The notes below the pieces were generated by a model. It was given only the letters and a program-made list of their open reading frames with translations. It searched no databases and was not told the DNA's origin. Source: Candidatus Sulfopaludibacter sp. (GTDB lineage: Bacteria; Verrucomicrobiota; Verrucomicrobiia; Limisphaerales; UBA11358). From it: a stretch of 64,000 nucleotides of DNA. The stretch is taken from positions 40,542 to 104,541 of the forward strand of contig DATJNM010000060.1 in assembly GCA_035508155.1 (NCBI GenBank), given 5' to 3'. Positions 53,861-62,514 of the stretch are shown here, in pieces; the first letter of the stretch is position 1, and each line of letters opens with the position of its first letter. A program made the position numbers and the translations under genes.

Positions 53861-54484
53861 ACAAAAAATCGCCCGGCGCTCGGCGTCATCATCCTGGGAG
53901 CCGGCGCATCGTCGCGCATGGGCCGGCCCAAACTGCTGCTGCCGTGGGGCAAAACATCCATCGTCGGCCATCTCATCGAACAATGGCGGAGACTCGGGGC
54001 GGCACAAATCGTCATCGTTTGCCGCCCGGACGACCAGGAGCTGGCCGCCGAACTGGATCGCCTGAATTTGCCGCTTCGGGATCGGATTAAGACTCCGTAC
54101 CCCGAACACGGCATGTTCAGTTCAATTCTTTGCGCCGCTCGCTGGTCCGGCTGGCGAAAGGCAATTTCCAGCTGGGCGGTGGTTCTGGGGGACCAACCTC
54201 ATTTGCAGGCGGAAACCTTACGGGTATTGCTGGAACAAGTCGCACAAAATCCGGGCGCGATCTGCCAGCCGGCGTTCCGTGGTCAGGCGCGGCATCCGGT
54301 GATTTTGCCACGCGACGTGTTTGTTGAACTACAGCGGTCCGGCGCGGAAACGTTGAAGGATTTTTTGAAACCATTAGCCGGCCGGAGCGTCCAATGTCCG
54401 GTGGCGGATGCCGGACTGTTGCTTGACTTGGACCGGTGGGAGGACTATGAGAAGGCAGTTAAGTCCCATACAGGAGATTTATGA
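53852..54484 (+). CDS. mocA: MobA/MocA-like nucleotidyltransferase (molybdenum cofactor cytidylyl/guanylyl-transferase)
   Basis: LGVIILGAGASSRMGRPKLLLPW is the MobA-like NTP-transferase motif. Start taken at ATG 53852 (the track GTG 53804 overlaps xdhC). Confidence 0.82.
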   Translation: MSPTKNRPALGVIILGAGASSRMGRPKLLLPWGKTSIVGHLIEQWRRLGAAQIVIVCRPDDQELAAELDRLNLPLRDRIKTPYPEHGMFSSILCAARWSGWRKAISSWAVVLGDQPHLQAETLRVLLEQVAQNPGAICQPAFRGQARHPVILPRDVFVELQRSGAETLKDFLKPLAGRSVQCPVADAGLLLDLDRWEDYEKAVKSHTGDL

Positions 54485-55128
54485 ATGATCCGGACGCAGC
54501 CGGCGGAGGCTCCTTTTCCCGCCGGACATTTCTGAAAGGACTGGGCACCTCGGCGGTGGCGGCGGTGGCCGCGCAAACCACCGCGGTGGCGGCGGAGCTT
54601 GAAAAGGTCAACGCCGAAAAGATCCTCGGTCCCGGGGAGGTGCTGGTGACACTCGAGGTTAATGGCCGGAAACTGAAGCTTCAGCTGGAGCCGCGGGTGA
54701 CTTTGCTCGATGCGTTGAGGAATTACTCCAGTCTGACCGGCGCCAAAGAGGGCTGTGACCGCGCGGCGTGCGGCGCCTGCACGGTGTTGTGGGATGGGAC
54801 GCCGATTTATTCCTGCCAGAAACTCGCCATCGAGGCCCAAGGACACGAAATTACAACCGTGGAAGGCCTGGCCAAGGACGGCAAATTGTCGAAGGTGCAA
54901 CAGGCGTTTATAGCCAAAGACGCGTTGCAATGCGGTTATTGCACGCCGGGTTTTATCATGAGCGTGACGGCATTGCTGAAACAAAATCCCCATCCGACCG
55001 CCGACGAGGTAAAACACGCCTGTGCCGGGAACCTGTGCCGCTGCGGCACCCATCCGCACATTTTGCAGGCTGTGTTCCAGGCGGCGGGCGTAAAGGTCAC
55101 CAGCAAAACGGAGGTCATCCATGCCTAG
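54481..55128 (+). CDS. TAT-exported [2Fe-2S] small subunit of xanthine dehydrogenase-family molybdoenzyme (PaoA/YagT-like)
   Basis: Twin-arginine signal SRRTFLKGLGTSAVAAVAA. Ferredoxin-type cluster CDRAACGACTV and second cluster QCGYCTPGF...NLCRCGTH. 4-nt overlap with the upstream gene. Confidence 0.9.
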   Translation: MNDPDAAGGGSFSRRTFLKGLGTSAVAAVAAQTTAVAAELEKVNAEKILGPGEVLVTLEVNGRKLKLQLEPRVTLLDALRNYSSLTGAKEGCDRAACGACTVLWDGTPIYSCQKLAIEAQGHEITTVEGLAKDGKLSKVQQAFIAKDALQCGYCTPGFIMSVTALLKQNPHPTADEVKHACAGNLCRCGTHPHILQAVFQAAGVKVTSKTEVIHA

Positions 55129-57214
55129 CTGGCCGACCGAAACCAAATACATCAGCCACCCCACGTTGCGCGTGGATGCCGTGCCGAAGGTGACCGGTCG
55201 CGCGCGCTATTCATCCGACATCCAGGCGGACGGCTGGCTTTATGGCATGATTCTCCGGTCAAAATGGCCGGCGGCAAAAATTTTATCGGTGAACCTGGAC
55301 AAGGCGCGGCAAGTTCCCGGCATCAAGGCCGCGGTGGTCGCGCGCGACGGCGAGTTTACGGTGCGTTATTACGGCGAGGAAATCGCCGCGGTCGCCGGCA
55401 CCACCAGGCAGGCCTGCCTTGACGCGTTGCGCGCCATTGAAGTCAAAGCCGAGCCGCGCAATGAATTTGCCGTCAACGAAAACGAAGCGCGGAAGGATGA
55501 CGCACCCCAGGTCTGGGAGGGCAGGTCCAATGTGGCGGCGGGCCCGCCGCGCGAACATGGCAACGTGGATCAGGCCTTCGGCGAGTGCGCCGCCGTCATC
55601 GAAGGTTTTTACACGACGCCGGTGCAAATTCACAATCCGATGGAGACGCATGGCAATACGGTCTCCTGGACGGACGACGGAGTGACGGCTTGGGCTTCCA
55701 CCCAGGGCATTTCCAGCGTGCGCGACGGTCTGGCGGGCGCGCTGCAACTGGACCAAAGCAAGATACGGGTCATCACCGACTTCATGGGTGGCGGCTTTGG
55801 TTCGAAATTTGGCGCGGGCGTGGAAGGTATGCTGGCCGCGCAATTGTCGCGCGAGGCGAAAGCGCCGGTTCGGCTCATGCTCACGCGGTTTGATCAGGCG
55901 CTCGCCGTCGGCAACCGGCCTTCCAGTTTTCAAAAAATCAAAATGGGCGCGAAGGCGGACGGAACCCTGCACGCCTTTGAGGCGGAAAATTACGGAACGG
56001 CCGGCATCGGCGCGGGTGCGGACTCCGGCGGTGGCGGTGGAGGTGCGGACCTTACCATGCCCTATCTTTACCGGGTTCCCAACAGCCGCGTGAAACAATC
56101 GCATGTGGCGGTCAACGCCGGTTCCGCCCGCGCCTTTCGCGCGCCGGGAAATCCGCCCGCGTCCTTTGGCATGGAATCCGCCATGGACGACCTCGCGGTG
56201 AAGCTGGGCATGGACCCGCTGGCATTCCGGCTCAAGAATGATTCCAACGAAATCCGCCAGCGTGAATACGCCATCGGCGCGGAAAAAATCGGCTGGAAGG
56301 AAAAATACCAAAAGCCCGGCAGCTCGCCCGGCGTGGTGAAAACCGGCATCGGTTGCGCCGGCGCCGCGTGGCCCGCCGGCGGCCCCAGCCGCTCAACTCA
56401 GGGCGAGGCGCAAATCAATCCCGACGGCAGCGTTGAATTCCGCCTCGGCGTGCAGGACATCGGCACCGGCACCAAAACGGTCATCGCCGTGGTGGCGGCG
56501 GAAATGCTTGGATTGAAGCCGGAACAAATCACCGTGAAAGTCGGCGACACGAATTTCCCGCCCGGCCCCGGCAGCGGCGGCAGCACCACCTGTGCTTCGG
56601 TTTCGCCGACGGTTTATGACATCTGCCAGCGCGGTCTGCAGCAGTTGCTGAAGCAAACCGGCGTCGCCGACGCGCGCGGGAAGAACTGGTTTGCCGCCTG
56701 CAAAAAACTTGGGGTCAACCCGCTGGTCGTCCACGGAAATTGGATTGAAGGGCTCTCCAATCGCCCGGCCTACGGCGTGCAGTTTGCCGAGGTGGCCGTG
56801 GACACGGAAACCGGTCTGGTTGCAGTCAAGAAAATCGTCGCGGTTCACGACTGCGGCCTTATTATTGACACGCTGACGCTCGAAAGCCAGATCAACGGCG
56901 GTGTTATCATGGGCATGGGCTACGCGCTTTACGAGGAGCGCGTGATGGACGATCTGTCCGGCGTGGTGCTGAATCCGAATTTTGAAACGTACAAACTACC
57001 CGGCATCGCCGACGTGCCGGAAATTGAAATCGTCCTGTTGAACATGCCGGAGCGCGGCGTCATCGGCATCGGCGAACCGGCCACCGTGCCCACGGCAGCG
57101 GCGATCGGCAATGCCGTCGCCAACGCCATCGGCGTGCGCGTCGGCAGCCTGCCCATTACGCCGGCAAAAGTCCTGGCGGCGCTTGGTAAAGTTCCTCACG
57201 TTGCCACTACATGA
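55121..57214 (+). CDS. Molybdopterin-binding large subunit of xanthine dehydrogenase-family oxidoreductase (PaoC/YagR-like)
   Basis: 697 aa with typical segments (RVDAVPKVTGRARYSSD, HNPMETHG, GGGFGSK, AFRAPG, GEPATVPTAAAIGNAV). 8-nt overlap with the upstream gene. Confidence 0.9.
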   Translation: MPSWPTETKYISHPTLRVDAVPKVTGRARYSSDIQADGWLYGMILRSKWPAAKILSVNLDKARQVPGIKAAVVARDGEFTVRYYGEEIAAVAGTTRQACLDALRAIEVKAEPRNEFAVNENEARKDDAPQVWEGRSNVAAGPPREHGNVDQAFGECAAVIEGFYTTPVQIHNPMETHGNTVSWTDDGVTAWASTQGISSVRDGLAGALQLDQSKIRVITDFMGGGFGSKFGAGVEGMLAAQLSREAKAPVRLMLTRFDQALAVGNRPSSFQKIKMGAKADGTLHAFEAENYGTAGIGAGADSGGGGGGADLTMPYLYRVPNSRVKQSHVAVNAGSARAFRAPGNPPASFGMESAMDDLAVKLGMDPLAFRLKNDSNEIRQREYAIGAEKIGWKEKYQKPGSSPGVVKTGIGCAGAAWPAGGPSRSTQGEAQINPDGSVEFRLGVQDIGTGTKTVIAVVAAEMLGLKPEQITVKVGDTNFPPGPGSGGSTTCASVSPTVYDICQRGLQQLLKQTGVADARGKNWFAACKKLGVNPLVVHGNWIEGLSNRPAYGVQFAEVAVDTETGLVAVKKIVAVHDCGLIIDTLTLESQINGGVIMGMGYALYEERVMDDLSGVVLNPNFETYKLPGIADVPEIEIVLLNMPERGVIGIGEPATVPTAAAIGNAVANAIGVRVGSLPITPAKVLAALGKVPHVATT

Positions 57215-58176
57215 AAGCTTTTGAATATACCACCGCGCTTTCCACTGACAGCGCCCGCGAACTGGTTGCCGACAAGGGCGTTTATCTCGCCGGCGGCAAT
57301 GATTTGCTTGGCCTGCTCAAGGATTATCTCATTCCCGGTCCGAACATCCTCGTCAACGTCAAGTCGTTGCCCGGTTTGAACCGGATCGAGCGGGGCGCAA
57401 ATAGCTGGACCCTCGGCGCGCTGGTTACCATTGCGCAACTTGAAGGTGACACGGACCTATCGAAAGTTTTTCCCGGTTTGCACGATGCCGCGTCGGAAAT
57501 TGCCTCGCCGCAGATCCGCAACGTCGCCACCGTGGGCGGCAATCTTGCCCAACATTCGCGCTGTTGGTATTACCGCCAGCGCGACGTGCCGTGTCTGAAA
57601 AAGGGCGGTGACCTTTGTTACGCGCGGGAAGGCGACAGTCGCTATCACAGTCTGTTCAGCGGCAACGATTGCATCAGCCCGGTGGTTTCCAGCCTGGGCA
57701 CCACCTTCGCTGCGCTCGACGCCACCGCCGTCGTGCTGCGCGACGGCAAGGAAACACGCCTGAGCATGGCCGAGCTTTACCAGAAGGCGTGGACGGAGCC
57801 GACGGCGCACCATTCACTCAATCCCGGCGATTTGATTCTGCGCGTGGAAATTCCGACCGCGCGTACCGCCAGCGCTTATCTGCAGGTCAGCGACAAGCAC
57901 ACGTTCGACTGGGCCCTGGTGAGTTGCGCCGCGGCGGCGGATGTCAGCGGCGGAAAATTAAATCAGTCGCGCGTGGCGCTGGGCAGCATCTCGCCGGTGC
58001 CGCATCAGGTCGAGGCGGCCAACGCTTTCCTGGATGGCAAGGCCTTGGACGATGACATCGCGTCGCAGGCCGCAGACCTGATTTTAAAAGAGGCCCGGCC
58101 GCTGGAGCATAATGCTTACAAGGTGCCAATGGCGCACGCGCTCATCCGGCGCACGCTGCTGAAACTGAAAAGTTGA
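57211..58176 (+). CDS. FAD-binding subunit (CO dehydrogenase flavoprotein-like; PaoB/YagS-like)
   Basis: YLAGGNDLLGLLK, ASPQIRNVATVGGNLAQ and a C-terminal CO-DH flavoprotein domain. 4-nt overlap with the upstream gene. Confidence 0.88.
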   Translation: MKAFEYTTALSTDSARELVADKGVYLAGGNDLLGLLKDYLIPGPNILVNVKSLPGLNRIERGANSWTLGALVTIAQLEGDTDLSKVFPGLHDAASEIASPQIRNVATVGGNLAQHSRCWYYRQRDVPCLKKGGDLCYAREGDSRYHSLFSGNDCISPVVSSLGTTFAALDATAVVLRDGKETRLSMAELYQKAWTEPTAHHSLNPGDLILRVEIPTARTASAYLQVSDKHTFDWALVSCAAAADVSGGKLNQSRVALGSISPVPHQVEAANAFLDGKALDDDIASQAADLILKEARPLEHNAYKVPMAHALIRRTLLKLKS

Positions 58177-58180
58177 CGCC

Positions 58181-58384
58181 ATGAACCCGATATTTTGCAA
58201 GCATCTGCGGACAAAAAGCCTGTATGTCGGCGCGACACCGGAGGAAGCCTTTGCGGAAAAGGAAGGCGAGCACGTCACGCCCTGCCATTTCTGGTGCAAC
58301 CGCACGCAGACCGTCGTGGGCGTGGACGACCAGCCGGTCCACAAGGACGCGTGCCGGTCACCGCGTTCGTGCTTCGAGGAATGA
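58181..58384 (+). CDS. Small Cys-rich protein of unknown function, last gene of the molybdoenzyme operon
   Basis: 67 aa: MNPIFCKHLRTKSLYVGATPEEAFAEKEGEHVTPCHFWCNRTQTVVGVDDQPVHKDACRSPRSCFEE, with 5 Cys. It starts 4 nt after the FAD-subunit stop and is followed directly by GTGAC element C. Confidence 0.55.
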   Translation: MNPIFCKHLRTKSLYVGATPEEAFAEKEGEHVTPCHFWCNRTQTVVGVDDQPVHKDACRSPRSCFEE

Positions 58385-58388
58385 CTTC

Positions 58389-58431
58389 GCGTGACGAGTG
58401 ACGGGTGACGGGTGGCGCGATTGAGTCATCG
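58389..58431 (+). repeat. GTGAC-heptad element, copy C (right arm degenerate)
   Basis: GCGTGAC GAGTGAC GGGTGAC GGGTGGC, then gcgattga, then GTCATCG. It begins 5 nt after the stop at 58384. Confidence 0.75.
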
Positions 58432-58626
58432 CCCGGCGTATATTGCCAAAGGATTGCCGAAACTCGTGGTGGCAGGGAACTGCGCAATTTTTGCATCTTT
58501 CGGCCAGCGATTGGTCGCGGTTGCCCTAGATTCGTCAAAGTAAAAATTTTCCGAGGCCAACAGCAATTGTTTAATGCCCCGGGGCAGGGATTGGAATCCC
58601 GGATATGTCAAAATAATCGTTCTCAT
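58426..58626 (-). CDS. Hypothetical small protein
   Basis: 66 aa ORF beginning MRTIILTYPGFQSLPRGIKQLLLASENFYFDE, with AGGAAAAG immediately upstream of the ATG (SD-like). It sits alone in a 545-nt gap. The C-terminal half is low in information. Confidence 0.4.
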   Translation of the reverse strand: MRTIILTYPGFQSLPRGIKQLLLASENFYFDESRATATNRWPKDAKIAQFPATTSFGNPLAIYAGR

Positions 58627-58929
58627 CTTTTCCTAATACCTTTGAAAGATAAGACGCATTGGCGTTCAAATAGTTACAACGCACGATCCTTTTGCACGGG
58701 GGGCGCAGGCCATCCGCCCCAAAAAAGGCACAGCAAACACGAAGATTTTTGACACGGATTTCAGGGATTCACACGCATGAAGGCTCCGGCAGGGTAACCG
58801 GGAGCGGCCCGCGGTTTTGATCGGGAGTCGAATCATCAAAAAAGGATTCACGCGCCGGCTTGTCGGGCCGAAATCCGATGAAGGCCGAAGGGGCGGCAGA
58901 GCATTTACGGAATCCGCGGTTGGATTCTG

Positions 58930-60387
58930 TCAATTGTTGGCGCGGCCGACCTTGTGGCCTTTGATGCCATAAAAGGCGACGTAGGCGTAGGCGATGAGCG
59001 GGACGATAAACGCCACTTGTAGATTCCAGACATCCGCTATCCGCCCCAGGATTGCGGGCAGGATGGCACCGCCCACCACGGCCATCACCAGCAGGGATGA
59101 CACCTGACTTTTGTAAACTCCCATCCGGTCCAGCGCGAGTGAGAAGATGTTCGGCCAGCCGATGGAGGTGAACAGCCCGATGCCGACGATGCACCACATG
59201 GCGAGCTTGCCGCCGAACAGGATGGCAATGGCCAGCAGCACGACGATGATTCCGGAAAAGACAAACAGCGTCCGGTCGGCGAGCCCTTTGCCAAATTGAA
59301 AGAACAGCCAGCAGAGCGCAAGCAGGGGCAGATAATTTTTCACGATGGCCCAGCCGGCCGTAAAATCGAACTGGTGCTGGTCTCCATTCCAACTGCGCAG
59401 CGTCCAAAACAGCAGAAAGGCCAGGAGGGGAATGCCGGCGAGCAGAAGCCGCTTATGGCCCGGTTTCATTTCGCCCATTTCGACCGCGCCCATGAAGCGG
59501 CCAATCAACATGCCGCCCCAAAAAAGTGAAACGTATTTGCTGGCTTCCAACGCCGGCATGGCGGCGACGCTCGGTTGGCCGAGAAAATTGATGATCGCGC
59601 TGCCGACGGACACTTCGCCGCCGACATACATAAAAATAGCCACCATGCCGAGGATGACGTGCGGATATCTCAGCGAACCGATGCCGGGTTCCACCTTGCC
59701 TTCGCCGACGTGCGGCAGATGGATGGAAAAGAAAAACACCGCCAGAATCACGAAGACGATGCAGAAAATGAGATACGGCACTTTGACGGATTCCGCCCCA
59801 TTCGCGCCGCTTTCGGCGAAATACTTGAAAATCAAATAACCCCCGATCAGGGGTCCGGTCGTCGTACCGAGCGAATTGAACGCCTGGGCAAAATTCAGAC
59901 GACTGGAGGCAGTCCGCTCCGGGCCAAGGATGGTGACATAAGGATTGGCAGCGATTTGCAACATGGCGAATCCAATTCCGACGATAAACAGTCCGGCCAG
60001 AAAAGTCGGATAGGAATGAACCGTGGCCGCGGGCCAAAAGAGGGCGCTGCCCGCCGCGGAAAGCAAAAGTCCGATGACCACGCCGTTTTTGTAGCCGATT
60101 CGGGCAATGGGATCACCCCAGACGGCTGAAACAACAAAATACGCAATCGAGCCAATGCAATAAGCTCCGAAGAAAGCGAACTGGACCAGCATGGCTTCAA
60201 AGTAATTCAGTGTGAACGCCTCTTTGAATCGCGGGATGAGAATGTCATTGAAAACCGTCATGAATCCCCACATGAAAAAAAGGATGGTCATGATCGCAAA
60301 CGGGCCGCGATAGGATTTTCCGTTTTCTGATGGGGACGAAGTTGCTGTTTGCGAAGTGGTTACGCTGATGCTCGGCATAGAATTCAT
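58930..60387 (-). CDS. MFS sugar transporter, FucP/GluP (fucose / glucose-galactose:H+ symporter) family
   Basis: MTILFFMWGFMTVFNDILIPRFKEAFTLNYFEAMLVQFAFFGAYCIGS is characteristic of the FucP/GluP subfamily. About 12 TM helices. Confidence 0.88.
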   Translation of the reverse strand: MNSMPSISVTTSQTATSSPSENGKSYRGPFAIMTILFFMWGFMTVFNDILIPRFKEAFTLNYFEAMLVQFAFFGAYCIGSIAYFVVSAVWGDPIARIGYKNGVVIGLLLSAAGSALFWPAATVHSYPTFLAGLFIVGIGFAMLQIAANPYVTILGPERTASSRLNFAQAFNSLGTTTGPLIGGYLIFKYFAESGANGAESVKVPYLIFCIVFVILAVFFFSIHLPHVGEGKVEPGIGSLRYPHVILGMVAIFMYVGGEVSVGSAIINFLGQPSVAAMPALEASKYVSLFWGGMLIGRFMGAVEMGEMKPGHKRLLLAGIPLLAFLLFWTLRSWNGDQHQFDFTAGWAIVKNYLPLLALCWLFFQFGKGLADRTLFVFSGIIVVLLAIAILFGGKLAMWCIVGIGLFTSIGWPNIFSLALDRMGVYKSQVSSLLVMAVVGGAILPAILGRIADVWNLQVAFIVPLIAYAYVAFYGIKGHKVGRANN

Positions 60388-60660
60388 CCATCATCCCGAG
60401 ACTGCGGCCGGTGTCAAACATATTTCGGGGCCTGGTATGAACCGGAATTACGTGACAGGGCGGTTGATCCTTCCGGGTTGCGACGTCTTTTAAGATGGCG
60501 TTTAATGGCTGCCGAATCCTATGAGTCCCGGCTTGTGCTGGCAGTGAATCAACTGTTCCTCATGAAAATGAATTCAACTGACCTTGTTGATCTGATCGTA
60601 TCCGGGTGGCGGCATGGATTGGCATTCGTCTGGCACCAGGGCCGTCAGTTAAAGAAAAAT

Positions 60661-62502
60661 ATGAAACTTTCCATTCCGTGTCTGGCCGTGCTTTTGATGG
60701 TTTCCCCCCTGATTCCCCTGCACGCGGAACTCGCGTTCCGCAACTTTATCACCGTCCGAGGCGACCGGCTGATGGACGGCAACCAGCCCTTTCGCTTTAT
60801 TTCGTTTAATATTCCCAACCTGCTGATCGTTGAGGACAACGTGCCCTTCACCGAGACCAATGCCTGGCGCCTGCCCGACGAATTTGAACTCCAGGACGCA
60901 CTGGCAACGGTGCGTCAGATGGGTGGAACGGTGGTGCGCACCTATTCCATCCCGGTTTGGCGGGGTGACGATCCACCGGCGGAATCTTCATATGTGCTGG
61001 GGATTGACCGTTACAACGAAACCGCCTTTCGTACCTGCGACCTCGCGCTTAAACTGGCCAACGAAAACGGCGTCCGGCTCATCATCCCGCTCGTAAACAA
61101 TTGGAAATGGCAGGGCGGGCGAGGTGAATACGCCGGATTTCGCAGTAAAACCGCCGACGATTTCTGGACCGATCCGCAACTCGTCGCCGATTTTGAAAGA
61201 ACCCTCCGGTTCATCCTGACGCGGACCAATACGCTGACGGGCGTGCGTTATTGTGACGACAAGGCCATCCTCTGCTGGGAAACCGGCAATGAACTTTCGA
61301 GCCCGGTTTCCTGGACCCATGAAATCGCCCGTTACCTCAAGAGCCTCGACGATCATCATCTGGTCATGGACGGCGTGAACGGCGGCTATTTACACCCGGA
61401 CTCGCTTACCGATCCATACGTGGATGTTGTTACGACTCATCATTATCCCGGTTTATGGACAACGAAGAGCTTTACCCGACTCATCCGCGAAAATTGGGAG
61501 ATGGCGAGGGGCAAGAAGCCATACGTTGTCGGCGAGTTCGGTTTTGTCAGCACGGCTGAGATGGCGGACGCCATGAAAACCATCATGGACACCGGCACCG
61601 CGGGTGGATTGCTCTGGAGCCTGCGCTTTCATGACCGTGATGGCGGCTTCTATTGGCACAGTGAGCCTTCGGGCGGCAACCTCTACAAGGCATTTCACTG
61701 GCCCGGTTCGCCCATGGGCGCCGGCTATGACGAAATTCAACTCATGGCTTTGGTTCGCAGCAATGCCTTTAAAATTCGGGGGCTCTCTCCGCCGCCCCTT
61801 CCGGCTCCGGCGCCGCCCCAATTGTTGCCGATCACCGACGCGGGCGCAATTTCGTGGCAGGGTTCCGTAGGCGCCGCCAGCTACCGTGTTGAACGTGCGC
61901 CGAAACGAAACGGTCCGTGGAAAGTGGTCGGAGATGAAATTGACGAATGCGCGGTGCAGTATTATCCGCCGTTTGCCGATGAGTCGGTGCCGCGAGGGGA
62001 ATGGTTTTACCGCGTGGTGGCGAAGAACGAATCGGGAGTCTCAAAACCGTCCGATGTCGTAGGCCCGGTCACGGTCACCCACGATACGCTGGTGGACAAC
62101 CTGAATGACTTTTCGAGGGTTTACATCCGACAGGGCAATCTGGAGATAAAAACACGCGATTGCCGCGAGGCAAAGGAAGATGCGGCCCGCGCCACCGGCG
62201 CCGCCGGGGATGCGCTCATCTATAAGCTGCCAACTCCGATTGCAGGTTTCCATGTGTTCGCGTTCTTTCCCGGCGAGGTCGCGGACTTGAAGTTTTCCCT
62301 CTCCGACGATGGCCGGACTTACCGGGAGGTTGCTGCCGGCAAGCATGAATATTTCAGCGGCGCCGGCGATTATAATTACTGGAAACCCGTGCGGTACGAT
62401 GCTGAGAACGTGACCGGGGCGGGAAAATTCCTGAAAATTGAGATGACCGGCGAAACTCAAATCGGCCGCGTGGAAATCATCCACGCGCCGGAGAAAAATT
62501 AA
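60661..62502 (+). CDS. GH5-like (mannanase/cellulase-type) glycoside hydrolase with C-terminal beta-sandwich domains
   Basis: ATG 60661 gives the signal peptide MKLSIPCLAVLLMVSPLIPLHA. CWETGNELSSP (acid/base NE) and YVVGEFGF (nucleophile E) fit a clan GH-A/GH5 barrel. The track start 60349 overlaps the divergent transporter and is rejected. Confidence 0.8.
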   Translation: MKLSIPCLAVLLMVSPLIPLHAELAFRNFITVRGDRLMDGNQPFRFISFNIPNLLIVEDNVPFTETNAWRLPDEFELQDALATVRQMGGTVVRTYSIPVWRGDDPPAESSYVLGIDRYNETAFRTCDLALKLANENGVRLIIPLVNNWKWQGGRGEYAGFRSKTADDFWTDPQLVADFERTLRFILTRTNTLTGVRYCDDKAILCWETGNELSSPVSWTHEIARYLKSLDDHHLVMDGVNGGYLHPDSLTDPYVDVVTTHHYPGLWTTKSFTRLIRENWEMARGKKPYVVGEFGFVSTAEMADAMKTIMDTGTAGGLLWSLRFHDRDGGFYWHSEPSGGNLYKAFHWPGSPMGAGYDEIQLMALVRSNAFKIRGLSPPPLPAPAPPQLLPITDAGAISWQGSVGAASYRVERAPKRNGPWKVVGDEIDECAVQYYPPFADESVPRGEWFYRVVAKNESGVSKPSDVVGPVTVTHDTLVDNLNDFSRVYIRQGNLEIKTRDCREAKEDAARATGAAGDALIYKLPTPIAGFHVFAFFPGEVADLKFSLSDDGRTYREVAAGKHEYFSGAGDYNYWKPVRYDAENVTGAGKFLKIEMTGETQIGRVEIIHAPEKN

Positions 62503-62514
62503 CCGTTGATTTTA

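Noticed and set aside
37964-58431. GTGAC heptad arrays considered as a CRISPR-like or tandem-repeat (VNTR) locus.
   Set aside because: The units are 7 nt with no spacers, only 3-4 copies per arm, are palindromic and are dispersed. This architecture is REP/MITE-like, not CRISPR. No cas genes are present.
58690-58735. Hairpin GGGGCG…CGCCCC followed by AAAAAA, considered as a terminator.
   Set aside because: On the + strand the stem is followed by an A-run, not a U-run. On the - strand the T-run precedes the stem. Neither orientation fits an intrinsic terminator.
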